Below, piece by piece: positions 19,798 to 29,018 of a stretch of 64,000 nucleotides of DNA (its first letter is position 1; each line of letters starts with the position of its first letter). The notes under the pieces were generated by a model. That model saw only the letters and a program-made list of their open reading frames with translations, was not told the origin of the DNA and did not search any database. Source of the stretch: Nitrospirota bacterium (lineage in GTDB: Bacteria > Nitrospirota > UBA9217); contig CAWJQQ010000003.1 in assembly GCA_963845065.1 (NCBI GenBank), positions 44,691-108,690 of the forward strand, read 5' to 3'. Made by a program: the position numbers and the translations under genes.

Positions 19798-20335
19798 CTA
19801 CACTGCCACCCATTTGAAGGCTCCCTGTCAAGTGAAAAAGCCTACCCCGTGACGAGAAAATGATATTTTCTCGTCGATATCTTTTCAATCATCAACATCC
19901 GTACCATTGCCGTAGTTTCATTCAGTTTGGGTATCAGTCGCTACTGTACCAGCCACCCATAAGGATTAAGGTCCTGCTGATGATGCGCGGTTCTCAGCAT
20001 GACCCTTTCCCCGCAGAGCGGGGACCAGAAAATCTTCGGCTCCTTGCCCCGCCCGTAAGGGTTTATAACAATACTCGTGGTTTTTTACCAGCCTCTAAGT
20101 GGTTCACGGCACGGGCAGTAACGATGCTGATGACTCTAAAGTTTTGGGTGGAGCGGTTTACCAATCAATATTTATGGTTCTTCCAGCACTGCAGCTGGTT
20201 CCCCGCTCCAGCCATCTTGTTATCAATGATTTGTCATCCGAAGATCTTCTCGGGCTGAAAAACCAAATCATCCCGCATGACGTAGTACGCTGCCCTCGCC
20301 AGCTTGTGAGCCAGGGCATTAAGCGCACCCCTCTG
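19798..20335 (-). mobile_element. Diverged IS110-family 3' relic (last ~30 codons of the transposase plus the non-coding tail)
   Basis: The reverse complement reads ...ALNALAHKLARAAYYVMRDDLVFQPEKIFG*. A tail follows that aligns with 6989..7398 with many substitutions but preserved helices. Confidence 0.7.
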
Positions 20336-20363
20336 TGTCAATGTAATCGAGACACCTACCTTA

Positions 20364-20518
20364 TGGTAAATTAGAGTAGAGGGCGGGGAGGAGAAATCAT
20401 TATGATAGCAACAAAGATCAAAGCAACCCGGGGAAACGAAGGAGCCCGTAGGGCGACTGAGGATCCCTGGGGCGAAGCCCCGCTAGAAGTCAATTCGTCT
20501 CAAAGTGTGTCTTCGGTC
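20364..20518 (+). mobile_element. Second copy of the IS3-family left end (155 bp fragment)
   Basis: tggtaaattagagtagagggcggggagg...atgatagcaacaaagatcaaagc... matches the reverse complement of about 8073..8227 with few mismatches. It ends abruptly at 20518. Confidence 0.75.
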
Positions 20519-21250
20519 GAGAGAAACTGCGGCACACAGAGATCCATGCTGCTCATGAGCTGATATATCCGCTAATTTTTGAAGTTCGGGGTGACGGACA
20601 AGAGCCGTTCCCGGTGGAAGGGATTCTCGATCTTCTGGCTCCGGAGGAAGCTCCGTTTGTGGGTTGCGATTTTTTTCCCTTATTGTGTAGTTCGATATGA
20701 TCGGGATAAGCCATGAGCTCGAGCGTTGCGCCAGAGAACGGGACCGAATAGCGATTAGTCTCGAACGAAACGAACCCCGTCTTGCCGAAAGTGAACACGA
20801 TTGATCTGCGCGGCTGGTAGGGTATCTGCGGCAAGGCGACAAGCTGGATGTCTGTTTGTTCAGCTCAGCGATGCTATCGCAGGGGGTGACCCGCAGATGA
20901 TCCTTAATGTCCCGAATAATCCGCTGGACGCGGCCTTTTTCGTTCGCCCGTCGCGGGGTGCAGGGATGGACCCCGAAGCTGTAATGTCGGCAGAAGTCCA
21001 TGAACTGGGCGTTCAGCTTGAGCTCAGGCGTTCGCTTGATCACCACGCTTGTGAGGTTATCGTACCTGCACTTGCGGGGAACTCCGCCGATCTCCCGGAA
21101 GGCTTCGATGTGACCGTCCATAAAGAACTCCACGCTGCAGCGAGGACAAAACCGAACATATGCATAACGGGACCAGGCCAGAAGAAAAACAAAGCTGTAC
21201 GCGATCCGGACGGTATCCGCCACAGCGCCCAGTCTACCTGTGCCTCTTCT
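20519..21250 (-). pseudogene. istA: IS21-family IstA transposase, distal part (multiply frameshifted, 3'-truncated, no istB)
   Basis: EEAQVDW / ADTVRIAYSFVFLLAWSRYAYVRF...GGVPRKCRYDNLTSVV...ANEKGRVQR, then IPYQP...VSFETNRYSVP in other frames. Separated from its N-terminal part by the RIT element. Confidence 0.7.
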
Positions 21251-21439
21251 TTATGTTGTGATTACCATAAGCAGCATTATGGTAAGCAAGAAATTATGTT
21301 GAGCTGATATCGTTGTCCACTTTAAACTCCTCAAATTCATGGCACTTCTCTGACAGACCACTTCACATAATTTCCCCTTTAGAGTTAATCTATCGAAGCC
21401 AAGATAGAACCATTTTCAACTCAAATAAAGGGGGACCTG

Positions 21440-22696
21440 ATGCTAACCAAGATTCTTTCAAACGATTACCTTGAATGCTATAAGCAGTCTCGTTACCGAG
21501 ATCGGATAAACTTGATTGCCGAACGCCTTATCAACCTCAAGTACTTAGATGTCGTCATTGTCGAGCGTATCCATGAGTGGATTAGATTCACAAAATACTG
21601 TAGCGACTCAGGCATTGATGTCCCATCCAGCATCTATGCCCAGGATGTAAATGATTACATTCGAAGGCGCTTCCCGAGAGGAAGCGGAAGCCGCCGTCGG
21701 TTCATAAAGGCATCGATTCGGATCTTCATTGAAGCGGACGGTGTCGGCAAGTTCACCAAACGTATCCGCCCCTTACCAAGGCCAACTACTGCCATGTATC
21801 AAAAAAGTGTCCCTTCTTATTTGAACTTTCTCCGTCAGCACCGAGGCGTAACGGATAAAACGCTGCGTAAAAATGCCTTTGCCCTGTGTGAATTTACACA
21901 ATATCTTAGCAACGTAGACGTGCTTGATTTTAACAATCTTGAAGCCAAACACATCCATGATTTCTGTATGAATCGGGGTAATCGTAAGGCAATCACCTGG
22001 GTCTCCTATACGGGGATGATTAAACGTTTTTTAAAATATGTGTTTATCCGTGGTGAATTGGGACAAGATTTGTCTTACGCTGTAGGAAGGTCAAAGCACT
22101 ATCGTCACATTGGCCTTCACGATGTTTTGACCGGTGATGAAGTCGATAAAATCATGAAGTGCATCGATCGCTCCAATGCTATAGGCAGAAGAGATTATGC
22201 CATCCTTTTACTCGCGGCACGATATGGCATGCGGCCATCCGATATCCGCCAGATTAGCTTGGATAATATTCATTGGCGTCAGAACCAGATTGTTTTTTGC
22301 CAGTCCAAGACAGGCAATCAACTTGTTTTGCCGCTCTTGCCGGACGTATCTGTTGCTCTTATTGAGTATCTCCGAAACGGACGTCCTACAACAACGGCCA
22401 GGAATATCTTTATCCGCCATAAAGCCCCATTCGAACCATTCTCACCCGATGACAATCTTTCCCAGGTCATGATTAAAGCTCTTCATTATGCCGGGATGGG
22501 TCAACGGTCTGGCTCGAGGGGTCTTTATCTTCTTCGCCACAGTCTCGCGACAAGAATGGTTGGGGCCAATATTCCAATAAAAACGATTGGTGATGTTCTG
22601 GGACATACCAGAACAGATTCCACTTTTGGCTACACGAAGATCGATTTGGATAACCTACGTTCCGCCTCCTTATCTATCGCGGAGGTCACCCAATGA
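21440..22696 (+). CDS. ritA: Tyrosine recombinase, first of the trio (RitA-like)
   Basis: 418 aa. RRDYAILLLAARYGMRPSDI, LRHSLATRM, LGHTRTDSTFGYTK (R...HxxR...H...Y pattern). Its TGA overlaps the next ATG (ATGA). Confidence 0.8.
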   Translation: MLTKILSNDYLECYKQSRYRDRINLIAERLINLKYLDVVIVERIHEWIRFTKYCSDSGIDVPSSIYAQDVNDYIRRRFPRGSGSRRRFIKASIRIFIEADGVGKFTKRIRPLPRPTTAMYQKSVPSYLNFLRQHRGVTDKTLRKNAFALCEFTQYLSNVDVLDFNNLEAKHIHDFCMNRGNRKAITWVSYTGMIKRFLKYVFIRGELGQDLSYAVGRSKHYRHIGLHDVLTGDEVDKIMKCIDRSNAIGRRDYAILLLAARYGMRPSDIRQISLDNIHWRQNQIVFCQSKTGNQLVLPLLPDVSVALIEYLRNGRPTTTARNIFIRHKAPFEPFSPDDNLSQVMIKALHYAGMGQRSGSRGLYLLRHSLATRMVGANIPIKTIGDVLGHTRTDSTFGYTKIDLDNLRSASLSIAEVTQ

Positions 22697-23694
22697 TTAA
22701 TCCATCGAACTCACTAATAAAAAGTTTCAAGTCTCCTCTGGCCCCCCAGATTGAGCGCTTCCTTAAGTTTAAGCGCGCTGTAGGAAATCGCTACCGTTCT
22801 GAAGAGGAAATGCTACACGCAGTGGACCAATTTCTGCTATCACAACTTCCAGCAAACGATCCTGTAATCACAGATCAAAACGTTCGTGCGTATTTATCAC
22901 GAAATAAAGCTAATTCTGAAACCACGCGTGGACACCATCTCACCGTCCTGCGCCAACTCTGTTATTTTATCGCCCTGGAAGAACCACGAACGTTCATTCC
23001 TCCCCCATGCTTTCTGGGTATACGCCGTAGACCCTTTGTTCCACGCATCCTATCGCGTGCGGAAGGTCGGCAGTTTTTGGAAGCCTGCTTCCATCTTCCA
23101 AATGGCCGATGCTCTCCACTCCGCAGCCTCGTACACGGAACGGCGTTAATGCTCCTATTTTTGACGGGCATGCGATTGGGGGAGGTCTTATCTTTAAACA
23201 TCGCCGATGTTGATTTTATCAATGGGGTTCTAAGAATCCGTGAAAGCAAATTCGGTAAATCCAGATTTGTACCCTTGGCTCAAGATCTCATGAATCGTAT
23301 GAAACAATGTCGACTCTTTGTAGAGCAGTCTATTGGCATGCGTCCCCCTGATGCCTGTTTTTTCCCGGGACCCAAAGGCCGTAGACTCACCAAGGATGCC
23401 CTCCGATATACATTCCGTATGGTTTTGGCTGAAGCAAAAATCCCGTGGCTCGGTGTGGGAAAAGGTCCACGCCTCCATGACCTTCGCCACTCATTCGCCT
23501 GCAATAGGTTGCTTTTGTGGTATGAGCAAGGCGCAGACCTGAATGCCAAGTTGCCCATTCTTGCCACGTACCTCGGCCATGTCAGTCTTTCAAGTACTCA
23601 ATATTACCTGCGATTAACTGAAGATCTCCTGAGCGCAGTAACAAGCCGTTATCAGCTCAGCTTCGGCAGTCTTATCGAAGAAAGGGGGAAATAA
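22693..23694 (+). CDS. ritB: Tyrosine recombinase, second of the trio (RitB-like)
   Basis: 333 aa. LLFLTGMRLGEVLSL, LHDLRHSFACN, LGHVSLSSTQYYL. The stop overlaps the next start (TAATG). Confidence 0.8.
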   Translation: MINPSNSLIKSFKSPLAPQIERFLKFKRAVGNRYRSEEEMLHAVDQFLLSQLPANDPVITDQNVRAYLSRNKANSETTRGHHLTVLRQLCYFIALEEPRTFIPPPCFLGIRRRPFVPRILSRAEGRQFLEACFHLPNGRCSPLRSLVHGTALMLLFLTGMRLGEVLSLNIADVDFINGVLRIRESKFGKSRFVPLAQDLMNRMKQCRLFVEQSIGMRPPDACFFPGPKGRRLTKDALRYTFRMVLAEAKIPWLGVGKGPRLHDLRHSFACNRLLLWYEQGADLNAKLPILATYLGHVSLSSTQYYLRLTEDLLSAVTSRYQLSFGSLIEERGK

Positions 23695-24695
23695 TGGTTA
23701 CCAGTCTTCCAAATTTGATTACGGATTTTTTTATGGTTCACCTTGGTGAGGAACGAAACGTGAGCGATCATACTGTTACAGCCTATCGTGACGCTTTAAA
23801 GATGTTGCTGTGCTTCGTAGCGCGTGTCCGAAGCTGTGAAGTCGATCGTTTGCACTTCGAATATCTTTCCGTAGAGGCTATCCTTGATTTCTTGAATCAT
23901 CTGGAAACAGAACGGAGAAATTCCATTCGTAGCCGTAATGCTCGCTTGGCTGCCATCCATTCCTTTTTTCGTTACGTTATGGGTCGTGAGCCAGCACTTG
24001 CCTCTTTCTGTCAACGAGTTTTAGTCATTCCTTTTAAGAAAACAAGGCACCGGGTCCTCGGCTATTTAAACAAGGAAGAGATGAAGAATCTTCTTTCTCA
24101 GGTTGACCGTACCACGGTGAGCGGCGAGCGCGATTATGTACTCTAGGCTCTTCTTTACGATACTGGCGCCCGTGTGCAAGAACTCCTCGATCTCAAACCC
24201 ATCAATTTCCGTCTGGGGAGTCCTGCCTTTGTAAGAATCCACGGAAAGGGGCGCAAAGAGCGTTTATGTCCGCTTCTGCCGCAGACTGCTCATATTGTTG
24301 AACGCTTTCTTGCAGAGGAGGGGCGTATTTTTGAAGACAGGACGCCACTCTTCATCAATCGTTCCGGACAAAAGTTATCACGACACGGCGTGCGATATGT
24401 ATTAAAAAAATACTTGGTCATTGCGCAACAAAAAATGCCAGACATGAATTGTCGCGGTATCAGCCCTCACTCGCTGCGACATGCTAAGGCGATGCACTTG
24501 TTGCAAGCAGGATTACCTCTTATCACTATCAAGGATATCCTTGGCCATGCCGACATTAAATCAACTGAAGTTTATGTTCAAACAGATATGGAGATGAAGC
24601 GAAAGGCATTAGATCTCGCAGGAACTCCGTCCGAAGTGAAAAAATCGAGAAAGCCAATCACACCTGCTTTGCTCAAATGGCTAGAATCCCTGTAA
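23694..24695 (+). pseudogene. ritC: Tyrosine recombinase, third of the trio (RitC-like), with an in-frame TAG at 24144..24146
   Basis: GERDYVL*ALLYDTGARVQELLDL, then SLRHAKAMHLL and LGHADIKSTEVY, all in one frame. Only the amber codon interrupts it. Confidence 0.75.
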
Positions 24696-24796
24696 AGATA
24701 TTATGCGTAGTATCTCGAATCAACTATTCCAGAAGAATCAAATCCTTTTAGCGCAGGTGGAGGTTTAACTCAACATAATTTCTTGCTTACCATAAT

Positions 24797-25202
24797 CTTC
24801 TGCGGGAAGGAACGTGAGCTCATGAAACACCGGCCTTTTACTTTTCCGCCGGTATTTGCGAGTGTGAACAGCGAACATGGTGTAACCGCCGGTATATCCA
24901 TAGGTCTTCAAGCGGTTATACACTTGCTGCACTAAGAGATAGGTATGTTCCTGGTACCACTCTTCGATCAGACGCTCATAGGGTGCAAGGAGCGTCTGCT
25001 TGGGAGGCTTCTGTATGCTCTGACCATTGATGATTCTGGTGACACGCATCTTCCCCATGGAAAGCGCCTTCATGATTTGCCTGATCGACAGGCCTTCCAC
25101 GGCGCGGAGATGCTTCACTCTGCTTTCAAGCGATTCATCCTGATTACCGGCATGATCGGTCGTCATGGTGGCATTATTATCGGACCGTGATAGGAACTTC
25201 AA
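24797..25202 (-). pseudogene. istA: IS21-family IstA, N-terminal part
   Basis: LSIRQIMKALSMGKMRVTRII (HTH)...YERLIEEWY...VYNRLKTYGYTGGYTMF...HELTFLPAE, then the RIT terminus. Confidence 0.7.
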
Positions 25203-25281
25203 TACCGCCTTGTATCACACCACGAAAAAGCACAACAACGTATTGATTTGTTGGGGCTATTTCCCGCACTCGGCTTGTATC

Positions 25282-25689
25282 TCACGCGGAGCGGCATGGA
25301 GAGTCAGCCAATCGTCCCGGAATATCAATGGGTTGAAAGGGCATCTCTGATTGTATCTCACGCAGCACGATGACATTTTTCTCAACTGCATCAAGGGCTT
25401 TTACAAACATCTCGGCTTGTATCTCACCGGGTGTGAACTTCATACGCCGCTCTTTTCTCCGCTGTAGCCAGGTCTTCTGATAGTCAGGATGCTCCTGTCT
25501 CCATGCCTTGACCTCATCGTACCTGCCAAGCCAGTAATCAGGATTCTTTCTTCGAAAGTGCTTGTTGTTCTCGCTCTTTCGAACTTTCCGGCACGCCACA
25601 GAACATGTCTTCTGACGCGGCCCAACCCTTCTGTCCGGTACGAACTTCACACCGCAGCACTGACAACGCTTCTCTCCAGCCATCCTCAT
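25282..25689 (-). CDS. Hypothetical zinc-ribbon protein
   Basis: 135 aa with a CQCCG...CSVAC four-Cys N-terminus, a basic middle, and C-terminal EIQ(A/S)EM repeats. No family recognised. Confidence 0.4.
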   Translation of the reverse strand: MRMAGEKRCQCCGVKFVPDRRVGPRQKTCSVACRKVRKSENNKHFRRKNPDYWLGRYDEVKAWRQEHPDYQKTWLQRRKERRMKFTPGEIQAEMFVKALDAVEKNVIVLREIQSEMPFQPIDIPGRLADSPCRSA

Positions 25690-25794
25690 TCGCTCTCTCT
25701 GAGTTCTGTGATGGCTTCACTCTATTGACTTTAACTAAAAAGGAAAGACCGAAATGAACAAGAAAGGAAGGATCAAAAGACAGGAACTACACCG

Positions 25795-26245
25795 GAGACA
25801 TCACCTTTAGAATCGTCCCCGAAATCATCGTTACGACAACAATCGCTAAGCGTCTCCGGGCAAAGCTCAAAGAAGTGAGAAAAGAGATTATCCGCCGCCG
25901 ACATGAGCTGGTGCCGACACTTGGTAAATGGCTTAGATCAGTGATACAGGGTCATCTCAATTACTTCGCAGTGCCCGGCAATAACAAGGCAGTGAACCGG
26001 TTCTGCACTGAGATAACTAAGGCATGGCTCTTTGCGTTAAGGCGACGTAGCCACAAGGCCAGAAATCTTATGTGGGATCGCATGAAATGCCTGATAAAGA
26101 CGTGGATACTCACAATCAAAGTCAGACACCTTTACCCGAGCCAAAGGCTTCGCGTGAACTACCCGAGGTAAGAGCCGTGTGAAGTAGTGCTTCTAGCACG
26201 GATCAGTGCGGGAGGCGTCCGGCAACGGATGTCCCTACCGCGATC
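25795..26245 (+). mobile_element. Group II intron, 3' fragment (maturase/X-domain end of the IEP, domain V, domain VI)
   Basis: ...IAKRLRAKLKEVRKEIIRRRH...LGKWLRSVIQGHLNYFAVPGN...LRRRSHK (stop at 26171). Directly after it comes GAGCCGTGTGAAGTAGTGCTTCTAGCACGGATC (26172..26204), which fits the 34-nt domain V consensus, and then a GGGA...TCCCTAC helix. Confidence 0.65.
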
Positions 26246-26421
26246 GATCTCATCGCTTGGTGGAGGCGTTTGCATTACGAATATAACCCCTTACAACCGA
26301 TTCCTTGACATCACAATTATCTGATGCTATGGTTTACAAAAGTTGACTTTTGGTATGTGATATTTTTCTGGACAGTTACAACAATATTTTGGAATCACAT
26401 TTTACCCTTGTCAAGGAAGCT

Positions 26422-27585
26422 ATGGAAGACGTTGTTTTAATTAGTGCGATCAGGACGGCAATCGGCAAATTCGGTCACTCCCTAAAGAGCATTCCTGCGC
26501 CGCGACTCGGAGCCCTTGTAATAGCTGAGGCGGTAAAACAGGCGGGCATTCAGGCAGGGCGTGTTGACGAGGTGATCATGGGCAATGTGATCTCCGCGGG
26601 TTTGGGGCAGAACCCTGCCCGTCAGGCTGCAATCTATGCTGGTATCCCCGTTGAAACCGGTTCAGTTACGATCAATAAGGTGTGTGGATCCGGACTGAAG
26701 GCGGTTATGTTCGCTGTCCAAGCTATAAAAGCAGGCGACGCAGACATTATCGTTGCTGGCGGTATGGAAAACATGAGCGCCGCCCCCTACCTAGTCAGAA
26801 ATATTCGGTGGGGATTAAAGTTCGGTGATACGTCAATGGCTGACTCCATGCTCAATGACGGGTTATGGGATGTGTACAATAACTTTCTTATGGGGATGAC
26901 GGGAGAGCGGATAGCCGAAAAATTCGGTATCACCCGTGAGGAAGCGGACGCATTTAGCCTGGAAAGTAATCGCAAGGCCTCACGCGCTACCCATGAGGGG
27001 AAATTCAGGGAAGAGATCCTCCCTATCGATATCCAGGGACGGTCCTTTGATACAGACGAATGCATCCAGAAGGACACTTCCCTGGACAGGCTTGCGGCAC
27101 TTCCTCCTGTGTTCAAGCAAGACGGCATCCTGACCGCAGGAAACAGCTCCAAACTTAGTGACGGCGCTGCCGCGCTGGTAGTTACGTCGGCCCGAACCGC
27201 CCGTTCATTAGGTATTGAACCGATGGCGCGCATCATAGATTATGCTGTTGGCGGCACAAGGCCGGAAGATGTGATGGAGGCCCCGATACCGACAGTCAAG
27301 AAGCTCCTTGCCAAGACCGGTTTTACCATAGACGACATGGATCTGATCGAACACAATGAAGCCTATGCGCCTGCATCGGTTGTCGTCTCAAGAGAATTGG
27401 GCATTGATCCCAATAAATTCAATGTCAGTGGCGGTGCGATCGCCCTAGGGCATCCCATAGGGTGCAGTGGCGCAAGGATCCTCGTGACGCTGGTCCATGC
27501 CTTAAAGGAAAAGGGATTGACGAGAGGACTCGCTACTCTGTGTTTAGGCGGTGGTAATGCGGTGGCAATGATTATAGAGCGATAA
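26422..27585 (+). CDS. Acetyl-CoA C-acetyltransferase (thiolase II)
   Basis: VVLISAIRTAIGKFGHSL, NKVCGSGLKA (nucleophile Cys), GHPIGCSGARI, CLGGGNAVA. I prefer the ATG at 26422 over the upstream start in the ORF track. Confidence 0.9.
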   Translation: MEDVVLISAIRTAIGKFGHSLKSIPAPRLGALVIAEAVKQAGIQAGRVDEVIMGNVISAGLGQNPARQAAIYAGIPVETGSVTINKVCGSGLKAVMFAVQAIKAGDADIIVAGGMENMSAAPYLVRNIRWGLKFGDTSMADSMLNDGLWDVYNNFLMGMTGERIAEKFGITREEADAFSLESNRKASRATHEGKFREEILPIDIQGRSFDTDECIQKDTSLDRLAALPPVFKQDGILTAGNSSKLSDGAAALVVTSARTARSLGIEPMARIIDYAVGGTRPEDVMEAPIPTVKKLLAKTGFTIDDMDLIEHNEAYAPASVVVSRELGIDPNKFNVSGGAIALGHPIGCSGARILVTLVHALKEKGLTRGLATLCLGGGNAVAMIIER

Positions 27586-27679
27586 TTGCTCATCAGCTAA
27601 GGTAGCTTAGCACAGATGACGAAGCGAAGCGACTGATTCGGCAGGCACGGAGAAAGAAACTAGCGGACCGGGAGCGTCC

Positions 27680-28849
27680 ATGTTTTATACTCAGGAACAG
27701 AGAAATATCATTTCACAACTCTTCCCCGGGCAGGAAAACTACCACGAACTGCTCGAACAGATGGGAAACTTCTTTGAGCACGAGATAGAGCCAACGGCGA
27801 AGATGATCGACCAAAAAGAACTCTTCCCAAAACAGAATCTGGAGAAACTGGCTGTTCATAGTATTACGGCCCTCCCGTTTTCTCCGGAGCACGGAGGACG
27901 GGGGCTTCCGTTGCCTGTTTATATCACTACGCTGGAAATGCTGACTAAGGCATGCGCCAATACCGCAATTCCGCTCTCGATCCAAGGCATGAGCTGCGAA
28001 GGTATCCGTTTGTTCGGTAGTGCCGCTCAGAAAAAGGAGTTTCTGTTGGAGAGAGGCCTTATTAAGGGGAAGAACCTGATCGCTTTTGCCCTCAGCGAGC
28101 CCTGCTGCGGGTCAGATGCAAAGGCCATCCAGACAAAAGCCTGGTGGTCAGGGACGCACTACGTCTTGAACGGCGACAAAATGCTTATCTCCAACCCCGG
28201 AGAGGCCGATGTAATCCTGATTTTTGCGAGGACGGACAAGGGCATCTCGTCCTTTCTCGTACCGCAAGAAACGCCGGGATGTAAGGTCACGGCGATATTC
28301 CCAAAGCTCGGGGTCAGGGGTAATAAGCTCTCAGCAATACATCTCGAACAGTGTGTCGTACCCCGGGAAAATCGCCTGGGAGAAGAAGGAAAGGGAATGG
28401 AGTACGCAAAACATATCCTGAATTACGGGCGACTTTCTATAGCTGCAATGGGTATCGGCATTGCTCAGGCAGCATTCGAGAAGACTCTATCGTACAGCAG
28501 GAAGAGGATGGCCTTTGGCAAGGGTATCGGGGATTTTGAGCTTATTCAGGAGAAGATTGCAAACATGACGACAGAAATTCAGGCTGCTCGGCTCCTTACG
28601 TATCATACCGCTGCACTCAAGGACAAAGGAGAAGACATTGCCTGCGAAGCCGCGCAAGCCAAGCTTTTTTCGTCGGAGATGGCACAGCGGGTATGCGACG
28701 CTGCTATTCAGATCCATGGTGGATACGGTTACATCGATGAATATGATGTCCATCGCCACTGGAGGGACGCAAGAATGCTTTCCATCGTCGAAGGCACGTC
28801 CGAGGTATTGCGAATCCTTATTGCCCATCAGGTCTTAAAGAGTGGATAA
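27680..28849 (+). CDS. Acyl-CoA dehydrogenase family protein
   Basis: 389 aa. LSEPCCGSDA, RLSIAAMGIGIAQAAFE, QIHGGYGYIDEYDVHRHWRDARMLSIVEGTSEV. Confidence 0.85.
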   Translation: MFYTQEQRNIISQLFPGQENYHELLEQMGNFFEHEIEPTAKMIDQKELFPKQNLEKLAVHSITALPFSPEHGGRGLPLPVYITTLEMLTKACANTAIPLSIQGMSCEGIRLFGSAAQKKEFLLERGLIKGKNLIAFALSEPCCGSDAKAIQTKAWWSGTHYVLNGDKMLISNPGEADVILIFARTDKGISSFLVPQETPGCKVTAIFPKLGVRGNKLSAIHLEQCVVPRENRLGEEGKGMEYAKHILNYGRLSIAAMGIGIAQAAFEKTLSYSRKRMAFGKGIGDFELIQEKIANMTTEIQAARLLTYHTAALKDKGEDIACEAAQAKLFSSEMAQRVCDAAIQIHGGYGYIDEYDVHRHWRDARMLSIVEGTSEVLRILIAHQVLKSG

Positions 28850-29018
28850 GGTAAGCCATAGCGGATTAAATAAAAATATGCCCCTGCAAATATTGGGTTC
28901 AGTTGTACCGCTTTATCGTAATCATTGATAGCTTGCTAATAGTTTCCTAAATCGGAAAGGGTACAAATGTATGCAGTGCCATACAGAAATGATAAAAGGG
29001 GATGGAGTTACCCCCAAA

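Larger units (their letters stand above)
21251..24796 (+). mobile_element. Recombinase-in-trio (RIT) element, 3546 bp
   Basis: Three consecutive, start/stop-overlapping tyrosine recombinase genes. 28-bp perfect terminal inverted repeats attatggtaagcaagaaattatgttgag lie at 21276..21303 and 24769..24796 (reverse complement). A 5-bp direct repeat CTTCT lies at 21246..21250 and 24797..24801. Confidence 0.75.

Noticed and set aside
25269-25426. Three copies of a 17-nt motif (ctc[gt]g[ac]ttgtatctcac) spaced about 65 to 75 nt apart, superficially like a mini-CRISPR.
   Set aside because: The repeats are too short and there are only three, with uneven spacing. Two of them lie inside the zinc-ribbon ORF, where they encode a repeated peptide (G/R)EIQ(A/S)EM; the third straddles the stop codon and would encode a similar peptide only in a different frame. 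No cas genes or leader are present.
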